Shown: positions 1 through 6,944, counted from the stretch's first letter. The stretch is 29,108 bases of DNA from Archangiaceae bacterium (GCA_043750125.1 JAYVCD010000284.1:1-29108); one strand, 5' to 3'. Numbers and translations: made by a program. Notes: a model not told the origin generated them from the sequence alone.

Positions 1-480
1 GGCTGCGCGGGCGTTCTCAATTGCGGTGGCACAGATTTCGGTGATGATTTCGGGCTCCCGCTGCAGATCCCGACCGATGATCTTCGCGGCGATCTTGCAT
101 GCCAGCTCGATGATGTCTTTTTCCGAGTCGGCGAGGATCTGGCCCGCCTGCATCTTGGCGCGGGCAATTTCTTCCGAAGCCTTGGCCATCACGTCGGCCC
201 TTGCGTCTTCGGTTGCCTTGGCGAAAACCTTGTCCTTCTCGCGGTGGGCTTCTGCGACGAGCTCCTCAGCCCGCTTGTGCGCGTCAGCGACGATGTCCTT
301 CGCGGTGGTGCGGGCCTCGTATTCTTCGGCGTTCACGACTCCGGCCCGAGGAGGCGGCCTCAAGATCGGCTTTTCGTACTGGGGCCCGTCGGGGGTCGCC
401 GCATCGCCCCGGATCACCTTGTTCAATCGGGGGCCCTGTCCGGAATTGGGGCCCGCGGGGCGTCGCTCAGAGTCGTCCAT
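1..480 (-). CDS. sctL: FliH/SctL family T3SS stator protein (partial; continues past left edge)
   Basis: Not in the ORF track; translated by hand from ATG at 480: MDDSERRPAG...NKVIRGD...PILRPPPRAGVVNAEEYEARTTAKDIVADAHKRAEELVAEAHREKDKVFAKA...AKMQAGQILADSEKDIIELACKIAAKIIGRDLQREPEIITEICATAIENARAA. A coiled coil followed by the 'IIELAxxIAxKII' segment is typical of FliH/SctL; it lies downstream of sctJ and the FliG-like gene. Confidence 0.85.
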   Translation of the reverse strand, partial: MDDSERRPAGPNSGQGPRLNKVIRGDAATPDGPQYEKPILRPPPRAGVVNAEEYEARTTAKDIVADAHKRAEELVAEAHREKDKVFAKATEDARADVMAKASEEIARAKMQAGQILADSEKDIIELACKIAAKIIGRDLQREPEIITEICATAIENARAA

Positions 481-493
481 GAATTCAAGAAGT

Positions 494-1960
494 TTAGCTC
501 GAACCGCGCCCGGGTCCACGACCCGAGCCATTGGTCAGGCCCGCGCCCCGCACAACCGGGGAGGACGTGCCAGTGGTGGGTGGACTCTTGCGTTTGGGAA
601 TTTCCTGCAGCGCAGGCGAGGTCGCCGCGCGCCCGGGTTGGCCCTTCGAGGGCACGGACCGTCTGAGCTCTTTTCCATCGCGCATGATCTTCCCGCTTCG
701 AATGCCGGGATCGGTTCCCGGCCGCTGCGTCCTGGGCTGCGATGGAACGTGGGCCGGAGCCCGGGGACCTGGGTAGCTGCTGGCAGCCCCCGCCTTCCGC
801 GCCTCGCGCTCGGCCATGAAATCGCGGCGCACTTCCTGCTCTCCTCGTCTGCCCGGCGGGGGCGCGGCGGGAACTGCCGCCACAGAGCGCGAGCGATCGG
901 CAAGCGCAACGCGTTTGTCGGGCGGAGGACTCAACCGTTTGTCGGCTGGGCGAGGGGCGACCAATTGACCGCCCGGCATGACCCCCGAAGGGTGAGGCGG
1001 TCGAAGGGACGGGGGAGGCAGACGCATCGGTCGATCGATGACACCGCGCTGAGCGAGCCTTTCCATCTGTTCCACGATGTCCATTCGGCCGCCGTCACCG
1101 CGGACGGGCTTGTTGCGCTCTTCGCGGGTCCAACGCACGAGCAGCTTTCCGAACTCGCCGGGGTTGCGCTCGATCAACCGTGCGGCCATGTCCGGAGACT
1201 GGGCCAACGCAGCGCGGGCCAGGCGCTGGGCCCCAGCGCTGCGCATCCCCATCGACGGCTCTTTGAGCGCGTGGTGCATCTCGAGCACAGTGCGGGCATC
1301 TTCGTCGGTCAGCTTGCGCGCCTTCCCGGCATCGCTGGCCCGCTGTGCCAGCGAGCGTTGGTCGGGCGGCAGTGCAGCGAGGAAAGCGTCACGGTCGCCG
1401 TCCGGCAGCCCGGCGATTGCCGTGGCCAGCGCACGGGCCCCCATGCGATCTGCGATCGTCAGCAGCTCGCGCGACTGCAAGGTGATCAAGTCTGAGAACT
1501 TGAAGAGGCCCGCTCCTTTCGGAGCCGACTGGCGAATCGCTTCTTCGAGCTTCCAGCGAATGATCGAAAGCACATCGGGCCGAACTTCCCGCTGCAGCTT
1601 CACCGGCTGGCCGCGAACTTCTTTGCGAACGGAGTCAGCCAGTTGCGAGGGAAGAGCGCGCAGCACCACTTCGACCAAAGCCAAACGTTCTTTGCCGAGA
1701 ACCGCAGCGAGCCGAGCAGGGTCGACCGAGGCGAGCTGGCGCCGGCGCGCGGTGACCAGGCGCTTGATTTCCTGGACCAGAAACGGAATTCGCTTGTCGC
1801 GGGGAATCTGGAGCAGCTCGAGGGCCCGATGCTTGAGAAGCTCGGCCTCTTCATCGGGCAGGTGATCGAAAGCCTCGACGCAGTTCGCCCCACCGAATGT
1901 GACCGCGGTCAGCAGCAGCATCGTCTGCCGCTTCGAGAGGGAGGCAAAATACTGTTCCAC
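494..1960 (-). CDS. FliG-like protein in the SctK position of a T3SS cluster, with Pro/Arg-rich C-terminal tail
   Basis: 488 aa, GTG start. PARLAAVLGKERLALVEVVLRALP resembles the FliG middle domain; FKFSDLITLQSRELLTIADRMGARALATAIAG resembles the FliG-C ARM; KPVR...DIVEQMERLAQRGVI resembles the FliG C-terminal end. Lies between sctJ and sctL. Confidence 0.7.
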   Translation of the reverse strand: MEQYFASLSKRQTMLLLTAVTFGGANCVEAFDHLPDEEAELLKHRALELLQIPRDKRIPFLVQEIKRLVTARRRQLASVDPARLAAVLGKERLALVEVVLRALPSQLADSVRKEVRGQPVKLQREVRPDVLSIIRWKLEEAIRQSAPKGAGLFKFSDLITLQSRELLTIADRMGARALATAIAGLPDGDRDAFLAALPPDQRSLAQRASDAGKARKLTDEDARTVLEMHHALKEPSMGMRSAGAQRLARAALAQSPDMAARLIERNPGEFGKLLVRWTREERNKPVRGDGGRMDIVEQMERLAQRGVIDRPMRLPPPSLRPPHPSGVMPGGQLVAPRPADKRLSPPPDKRVALADRSRSVAAVPAAPPPGRRGEQEVRRDFMAEREARKAGAASSYPGPRAPAHVPSQPRTQRPGTDPGIRSGKIMRDGKELRRSVPSKGQPGRAATSPALQEIPKRKSPPTTGTSSPVVRGAGLTNGSGRGPGRGSS

Positions 1961-1980
1961 GGCACCGCCTTAGGACTGCG

Positions 1981-2802
1981 TCAGCCCTCTCGCTCAGCGC
2001 CCGTGCCCGTCTTGGTGCGGGGGCGGGTTCCGGTTCCGGTTCCGTTGCCGCTCGGCTTCCGGATGAAGGCAAAGGCCGTCAGGCCGCCCATGGCCAGCAC
2101 GAGCAGGGCCCCGAGGCCTACCATCGCCTTGAATTGGTCGGCGCTCTGTTTGGGCATTCGCAGACCCATCACAGTCTGGTTCCGGTCGGTCTGTTCGGCT
2201 TCGACCGCACCGGCTTTCTTCATCAAGACGGTGACCGCTTCTTTGCGCAGCTCGGGAACCGCGGTGGCGACGAACTCTTTGACTTCGGCGTCGGAAATCG
2301 GAGCCTTATCGTCGAGCGTGGGCCGATATTTGATGAATACCGAAACCGAAGGCATCGGCTTTTTTTCGGGCTGGGTCAGATCGTTGGTCTCGGGGATCAT
2401 GACGATCACCCGAGCCTCGAGGACCCCAGGAATGCGATTCAGCGAGTTCGAGATTTCGCCCCCGAGCGCTTCGATGAACATCGCGCGCTCTTCGGTCTGG
2501 GTGGGGATCATTCCCTTCATCTTCTTGAAGACGCTCAGCCCGTCGACGTACGGCCGAGGCAAGGCGTAATCGCGCAGCAGCTGGGCGGCATCGGCTACGT
2601 CCTGCTTGCCGACGCTGATGATGTATTTGGGAACGTTGCCGCCCTCTTCCTTCAGCTTCTTGGCTTCGATTCCGTTGCGCTGAAGCAGCACGTAGATGTC
2701 ATTGGCGTCATCTTCCGTGAGGTCGTGCTGAAGCTCGACGCTGCAACCAGAAAACAGCATCCCCAAGAGGACGCCCCACCATCGCATCGGTCGAAATGAC
2801 AT
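1981..2802 (-). CDS. sctJ: Type III secretion inner-membrane ring lipoprotein (YscJ/HrcJ/PrgK family)
   Basis: Lipobox LFSG-C followed by SVELQHDLTEDDANDIYVLL; IPTQTEERA...LGGEISNSLNRIPGVLEARVIV; PSVSVFIKY; C-terminal TM helix then basic residues. Start at ATG 2802 or 2787; the ORF-track start at 2835 is unlikely. Far shorter than FliF. Confidence 0.93.
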   Translation of the reverse strand: MSFRPMRWWGVLLGMLFSGCSVELQHDLTEDDANDIYVLLQRNGIEAKKLKEEGGNVPKYIISVGKQDVADAAQLLRDYALPRPYVDGLSVFKKMKGMIPTQTEERAMFIEALGGEISNSLNRIPGVLEARVIVMIPETNDLTQPEKKPMPSVSVFIKYRPTLDDKAPISDAEVKEFVATAVPELRKEAVTVLMKKAGAVEAEQTDRNQTVMGLRMPKQSADQFKAMVGLGALLVLAMGGLTAFAFIRKPSGNGTGTGTRPRTKTGTGAEREG

Positions 2803-2841
2803 CAGGGGTCGAAGGCTACTACGGGCGCAGCACACGCACCT

Positions 2842-2881
2842 AACGAAACGGGCGGCTCTCCATCGCTGGATGAGCCGCCCG
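2842..2881 (-). terminator. Intrinsic terminator-like hairpin after the sctI-like gene
   Basis: Perfect 10-bp arms CGGGCGGCTC (2849-2858) and GAGCCGCCCG (2872-2881); on the minus strand the stem is followed by TTTCGTT; 20 nt after the stop at 2902. Confidence 0.7.
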
Positions 2882-2901
2882 CGAAAAAAGGGAAGAGAGC
2901 T

Positions 2902-3441
2902 TTAGACCTGGGTCTTGAGGGTGTCCTTCAAGCCACTGGTGGCCTTCTCGACGATCTTGCTGGTGAGGTCGAGCTCCTGCGAATACTTGTACATTCCGGC
3001 CTGGAGCGAGAGCAGCTCGGCGTTGGAAAAAGTCTTTCCGCTTGCGGCCCCGTTGATCAACTTGTCGAGCGACGCCTGGCCCTTTTCCATGTTGCCCATC
3101 ATTCCCATCAGGGCGCTGGAAGTCTTGCTCACGTCGGCCTTCTGAGCGACGGGGTCCATCGCCTTGGCAGTCAGCTTGTTGTCGTTGGTGGAATTGCCAA
3201 CCTTGTTGAGGTTCGCCTTTTCCATCTTGTTGACCTGCTCGACCTGCCGGGCGACGTCGACCTTATGGGCGGCCTGAGCGTGGTTGACTCCCTGTGCTTT
3301 CTGGGAAGGGTCAACGCCCTGCGATTTCATCGCTTGGTCGAACTTGCTGGGGGCCTGCTTGGCTACCTGATTGGCGCCCTGATCCTGCACCTTCTGCTGG
3401 GCGATTTGTGCTGCCGAGATTCCTGCCAGTGGTCCCGCCAT
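2902..3441 (-). CDS. SctI-like (YscI/HrpB2-type) inner rod protein
   Basis: ATG 3441 preceded by AAGGAG RBS; 179 aa, Gln/Ala/Lys-rich N-terminus; C-terminus SNAELLSLQAGMYKYSQELDLTSKIVEKATSGLKDTLKTQV fits the YscI/HrpB2 C-terminal helix pattern; immediately upstream of sctJ. Confidence 0.75.
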   Translation of the reverse strand: MAGPLAGISAAQIAQQKVQDQGANQVAKQAPSKFDQAMKSQGVDPSQKAQGVNHAQAAHKVDVARQVEQVNKMEKANLNKVGNSTNDNKLTAKAMDPVAQKADVSKTSSALMGMMGNMEKGQASLDKLINGAASGKTFSNAELLSLQAGMYKYSQELDLTSKIVEKATSGLKDTLKTQV

Positions 3442-4150
3442 TTTTGCTTCTCCTTGATTCATCTTCGGAAGAATCTTCTTCTTCGAGCAGTACCTTCAAC
3501 CTTTCGACTGCCCTTGCGTGAAGCCGTGAGGCCCAACTCTTCGACTGCCCGATTTCTGCGCCGGCTTCTTCGAGCGTCTTCGACTGAAAGTAGTATCCGT
3601 TCAACAGCTTGCGTTCTTTCTCTGGCAGCTTCTCGATCGCCGACCTGACCCGCCCTTTCATCTGTTCCAGTTCCAGCTTTTCGTCTGCGGGTACCGCCTC
3701 TTCGTCGGACAGTTGAAGCCCTTCAGCTCCTTCAAGGCTGGTGGCGAAAACCATCGCCAGGCCGGTCACCGCACTGGAAATCTCTCTGACATCATCGGCG
3801 ACAGTGCTGCCATGGTTGCTTCCCTGGTCTCGGTCGGCCAAGTTGCCCATGTAGGCGTTGGAGCGATCAGCCATTCCAAAGGACCGCGATTCCGGGCCCT
3901 TGAGAATTCCCATCTTCCGCAAACCATCGAAAATCGCGCCCTTGATGCGGTAGTGGGCAAAGGTCAGGAAATTGGCGCCGACCTTGGGATCAAAGCGTTC
4001 TGCCGCCTCGAGCAGGCCCATCTGCCCGTAAGACATCAGCTCATCCATCTCGATTTGAGAGTTGAACTGCTTGCGAACCGTGGCCGCGAGGCTGCGCACG
4101 TACGGGCCGTATTTTTCGAGGATTACTTTTCCTTCTTCCCCGAGAGCCAC
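3311..4150 (-). CDS. FliA/WhiG-family (sigma28-like) RNA polymerase sigma factor
   Basis: GTG 4150, 7 nt after the upstream stop. Region 2: DELMSYGQMGLLEAAERFDPKVGANFLTFAHYRIKGAIFDGLRK. Region 4: AIEKLPEKERKLLNGYYFQSKTLEEAGAEIGQSKSWASRLHARAVERLK. Region 3 is diverged. The low-complexity tail overlaps the next gene by 131 nt. Confidence 0.9.
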   Translation of the reverse strand: MALGEEGKVILEKYGPYVRSLAATVRKQFNSQIEMDELMSYGQMGLLEAAERFDPKVGANFLTFAHYRIKGAIFDGLRKMGILKGPESRSFGMADRSNAYMGNLADRDQGSNHGSTVADDVREISSAVTGLAMVFATSLEGAEGLQLSDEEAVPADEKLELEQMKGRVRSAIEKLPEKERKLLNGYYFQSKTLEEAGAEIGQSKSWASRLHARAVERLKVLLEEEDSSEDESRRSKNGGTTGRNLGSTNRPAEGAGSGRQSGSQAGPQQVRPSDEIAGR

Positions 4151-4157
4151 TTTCCGC

Positions 4158-4535
4158 TCACTCCGCCTTGGACCACAAGCGCTCGAGCGCCTGGCTGATG
4201 CGGGGGTCATTCTGAAGCTGATCTGAAATCTTCTGGGTCAGGGCCTTGGACTGCAGGCGCACCTTCTCTCGGAGGATGTCGGCCACGAGCTTCTTGGTGG
4301 CCTCTTCCTTTGATTTGATCTGGCCCGACTTGAGCTGCCGGGCAATGTCCAACGCCTGCGCGGTGACCGGGTCGGTGGCCTGAACGTTGGAACTGGCCAC
4401 GAGGCCCGAGGGCGCAACCAGCGACTCGGCTTTGTCGACTTTGGCTCCGAACGCTTTTCCGGCCTTGGCAACGCCGCCGGCGCCGCTGCCTCCGCGAACT
4501 GCTCCTGCCCCGCCTTTCTTGCTGCCGACCTTCAT
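4158..4535 (-). CDS. Hypothetical T3SS-cluster protein; possible FlgM-like anti-sigma factor
   Basis: 125 aa; Gly/Lys-rich, probably disordered N-half; helical C-half (ALDIARQLKSGQIKSKEEATKKLVADIL); directly upstream of the sigma gene. The ORF is well supported, the function is inferred. Confidence 0.6.
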   Translation of the reverse strand: MKVGSKKGGAGAVRGGSGAGGVAKAGKAFGAKVDKAESLVAPSGLVASSNVQATDPVTAQALDIARQLKSGQIKSKEEATKKLVADILREKVRLQSKALTQKISDQLQNDPRISQALERLWSKAE

Positions 4536-4555
4536 GGACTCTCGCTTGGCTTAGG

Positions 4556-5005
4556 CTACTTGCCTTTGGCTTCCTTCTTCGGAGGCGGCAACGCGCCAGC
4601 CTCTTTCGCTTCGATCAACGCCTGCGCCAGCCGCGCGCCTTCACCGTCGGGCTCTACATCCAGGGCGGCCTTCAATTCCTTCATCGCCTCATTGACCTTC
4701 CCGAGGAAGAGCAGGGCCTCGCCGGCATGAGCGCGGGGGAGGCCGGACTTCGGCGCCAGCCGCTGGGCGGATCGATAAGCCTGAAGGGCTTTGTCGTGTT
4801 TGCCTTGAACGAACTCGAGCGTTCCCAGGGCCAGCTGCGGAACCTCGCTCTTGGGCATCAGCGCAGCGGCACCCTGAAGAAGATCGCGGGCGTCATCGAA
4901 CTTGCCCATGTCCATCCACAAGTAGCCCGCTTCCAGCATCACCATTGCCTGCTGGCGGGTCACTGGAATCAGGCTGCCCGCCACGTCTGTTTTCTGCTCG
5001 GCCAT
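4556..5005 (-). CDS. TPR protein, probable T3SS chaperone (SctG/CdsG- or SycD/LcrH-like)
   Basis: 149 aa, about three TPR repeats (EAGYLWMDMGKFDDARDLLQGA; LALGTLEFVQGKHDKALQAYRSA; AHAGEALLFLGKVNEAMKELKAAL); AAAGGA RBS; no signal peptide. Confidence 0.75.
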   Translation of the reverse strand: MAEQKTDVAGSLIPVTRQQAMVMLEAGYLWMDMGKFDDARDLLQGAAALMPKSEVPQLALGTLEFVQGKHDKALQAYRSAQRLAPKSGLPRAHAGEALLFLGKVNEAMKELKAALDVEPDGEGARLAQALIEAKEAGALPPPKKEAKGK

Positions 5006-5050
5006 GAAATTCCTTTCGCGAGGGAAGCGAGGAGATTCTTGGTCTTATAA

Positions 5051-5082
5051 CACGAAGGGCGGCCCCATCGGCCGCCCACGTG
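5051..5082 (-). terminator. Stem-loop (weak terminator or mRNA-stabilising hairpin) after the filament-like gene
   Basis: GGGCGGCC (5057-5064) and GGCCGCCC (5070-5077), extendable by CACG/CGTG; the minus-strand tail TTCGTGTT is only partly U-rich. Confidence 0.5.
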
Positions 5083-5103
5083 GACTGCAAACCGTCTGAA
5101 ATC

Positions 5104-5688
5104 TTAGCGGATGTTGCCGATCGAGTTCTTCACGGTGTCGTGGCGGGTCTTGAGGACGTTGGAGACCGAGGTGAAGACCTGGTTCTCGCGCTGCATCGCC
5201 ATCTGAACCTGGAGCAGCTTGGAGTTCTCAGAGCTCGCCTGGACGAGGTCGGAGTTCATCTGACCGACCGCGCCGCCGCTGGAGCCGCCGGTGGTTCCCA
5301 GGGCGTTGGGCGAGCCGTTCACGGTCGAGCCGATGCCGGGCATGTTGGTGACCGGGTTGCCGCAGCCTGCGCCGATGGTGGTGTTGACGCCGCCGCTGCC
5401 GCCGCCGATGTTGACCACGCCGGTCGAAGCGTAGGCTGCGCTGGCTGCGCCCCCCCCCGGAGTGCTGTGGCCGCCCAGCTGGCCGACCGACGAGACGGCG
5501 GCGGAAAGGATCGCTCCGCCGGGAACGAGGCCGCCAACGACGGAGGCGCCGTTCTGGAGCATGCCGCCTGCGGTGTCGAGGCCTGCCTTCATCCGATCGC
5601 CGAAGTCGCGCTTGGGGGTCTGGCGCTCGATCGTCATGTTGGTTGAGAGGCGCGCCGGGGTGCTGTCGATGCGGATGGGACCAGTCAT
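5104..5688 (-). CDS. Gly-rich hypothetical protein with needle/filament-like (SctF/Bsp22-type) C-terminal helix
   Basis: 194 aa, strong TAAGGAG RBS, no Sec signal; ends LLQVQMAMQRENQVFTSVSNVLKTRHDTVKNSIGNIR. Confidence 0.6.
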   Translation of the reverse strand: MTGPIRIDSTPARLSTNMTIERQTPKRDFGDRMKAGLDTAGGMLQNGASVVGGLVPGGAILSAAVSSVGQLGGHSTPGGGAASAAYASTGVVNIGGGSGGVNTTIGAGCGNPVTNMPGIGSTVNGSPNALGTTGGSSGGAVGQMNSDLVQASSENSKLLQVQMAMQRENQVFTSVSNVLKTRHDTVKNSIGNIR

Positions 5689-5781
5689 TTTTTTGAACTC
5701 CTTAGAAAAGGTGCTGCGAAAGCTGTGGAACTTCTTGAGGGCTGCTGCGCCGCCGGACTCTTCCGGGGGTGCCCATTCCAG

Positions 5782-5808
5782 TTATCGCGACCTCTATCGG
5801 TTTGTTGC
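5782..5808 (-). promoter_or_regulatory. Candidate sigma28-like promoter GCAAC-N16-CGATAA
   Basis: Minus strand reads GCAAC AAACCGATAGAGGTCG CGATAA; the -10 resembles the FliA consensus GCCGATAA; about 94 nt upstream of ATG 5688. Confidence 0.5.
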
Positions 5809-5854
5809 CTGCCGGGCGGAGGACCCGAAATGGAAACCCATTGTACCGAATCGA

Positions 5855-6151
5855 CTAGCGACCCGATGCGGGCTTCGCTTTCCGCTCGGCTTCAAGCCTT
5901 TCACGCACTTGCAACAGGTGGGACAACAGCTCTTCGGTCTTCTGAATGGCTTTGCCCACCTTCTTCCCTTGATCTGCCCGGGGTCCTTTCAGCGCGCTGA
6001 GTCCCTCTTTCAGCGGGCTGAAGAGCTCGGCAATCTCTTCAGAAGTCGCGCGTTCGATGAAGCCTTCGATCGCGGGGTACAGGGGCTCGTTCTCGGAAGG
6101 GGCGGGAGCAGGCGGGGTCTTGGCGGTTTTTTTGGCGGGCATGGTGGGCAT
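5855..6151 (-). CDS. Small helical hypothetical protein at the head of the T3SS cluster
   Basis: Likely start ATG 6151 or 6142 (MPTMPAKKTAK...); amphipathic helices LYPAIEGFIERAT...IQKTEELLSHLLQVRERLEAERK. Confidence 0.65.
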   Translation of the reverse strand: MPTMPAKKTAKTPPAPAPSENEPLYPAIEGFIERATSEEIAELFSPLKEGLSALKGPRADQGKKVGKAIQKTEELLSHLLQVRERLEAERKAKPASGR

Positions 6152-6254
6152 CAGGGAATCGCTTTTGATCGGGGCCACGCAGACGGCCCCCCGGGGGCGG
6201 CGGACGCTAGAGGAAACGTCCCCCCCCTTCAAGGATCGTAGACGAAAGTCAGGG

Positions 6255-6283
6255 TTGACTACCTGGGCACGCCTGGGTAGCCA
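6255..6283 (+). promoter_or_regulatory. Candidate sigma70-type promoter of padR with overlapping inverted repeat
   Basis: TTGACT (6255-6260)-N17-TAGCCA (6278-6283); inverted repeat CTACC-N12-GGTAG (6259-6280); GTG start at 6292 has no clear RBS. Confidence 0.4.
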
Positions 6284-6291
6284 GAAGGCGC

Positions 6292-6855
6292 GTGGATCCT
6301 CGGCTGCTTATTCTCGGTCTGTTGAAGAAGGCTCCGATGCACGGGTACGAAATTCAACAGGTGATGAAGCGGAACCGCTTTGACCTGTGGGCAGGGATCC
6401 TCAAGGGGTCGATTTACCATTCGCTCAAGCAGCTGGGAGCCGAGGGTCTGCTCAAGGCACGGGCCAGTGACTCAGGGCGAGGTCGGGTCAAAGTGGTTTA
6501 TGAAATGACCGCGCGCGGGCGCGCTGAGCTCAAGCGCTTGCTGCGCGGCGCATGGGTTTCGAAGGCGCGAGGGTTTGCTGCGCCCCTTCATGCGGCAGTG
6601 GCCTTCCTCGATGAGCTGCCTGCGGACGAGGTGCTCGAGTTGCTCGAGGTGCAAAATGCCCAGCTGACAAACCAATTGGCCGACTGGCGCAAGCAGCAGC
6701 GGGCCGGGGACCCGTCGCAGCCGATTCCCGCGCATCAGCAGCTGTTGTTCGACAGTGCCTGCCAGCACCTCGAAACCCAATTGCGCCTGACCCAGAACCT
6801 GAAGCTGCTGCTGGGTGCTTACGGGGCTCGGAAGTCCGGGTTGGGTCAACTTTGA
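6292..6855 (+). CDS. PadR-family transcriptional regulator
   Basis: LLILGLLKKAPMHGYEIQQ...GSIYHSLKQLGAEGLL...VYEMTARGRAEL winged-HTH signature plus C-terminal helical domain. Confidence 0.92.
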   Translation: MDPRLLILGLLKKAPMHGYEIQQVMKRNRFDLWAGILKGSIYHSLKQLGAEGLLKARASDSGRGRVKVVYEMTARGRAELKRLLRGAWVSKARGFAAPLHAAVAFLDELPADEVLELLEVQNAQLTNQLADWRKQQRAGDPSQPIPAHQQLLFDSACQHLETQLRLTQNLKLLLGAYGARKSGLGQL

Positions 6856-6944
6856 CCAACTGGGAAAGGGCTTCCAGAAATTCCGCGTGCGTCGCCCCTC
6901 GTCCTGCATTACCTAGCAGCGGTCCAGAAGGGAGATGACTGAAA

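Noticed and set aside
26-1495. 489-aa plus-strand ORF and many other long alternative-frame ORFs (e.g. 13688-15205, 17228-18646, 20158-21663, 24272-25603)
   Set aside because: Antisense or shifted-frame shadows of well-supported genes in GC-rich DNA; no recognisable motifs.
2902-3441. Possible label 'HrpB helicase' for the SctI-like protein
   Set aside because: 179 aa with no Walker or DEAH motifs; any HrpB label would refer to the T3SS HrpB2/YscI family.
1-4150. Interpreting the fliH/fliG/fliA-like genes as a flagellar operon
   Set aside because: The ring protein is a short lipoprotein of SctJ type rather than FliF, an SctI-like gene is present, and no fliE, flagellar rod, hook or flagellin genes are in the window.
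6844-6857. Palindrome GGTCAA-CT-TTGACC at the padR stop codon
   Set aside because: Short, with no U-tract and no second copy noticed; cannot be told from chance.
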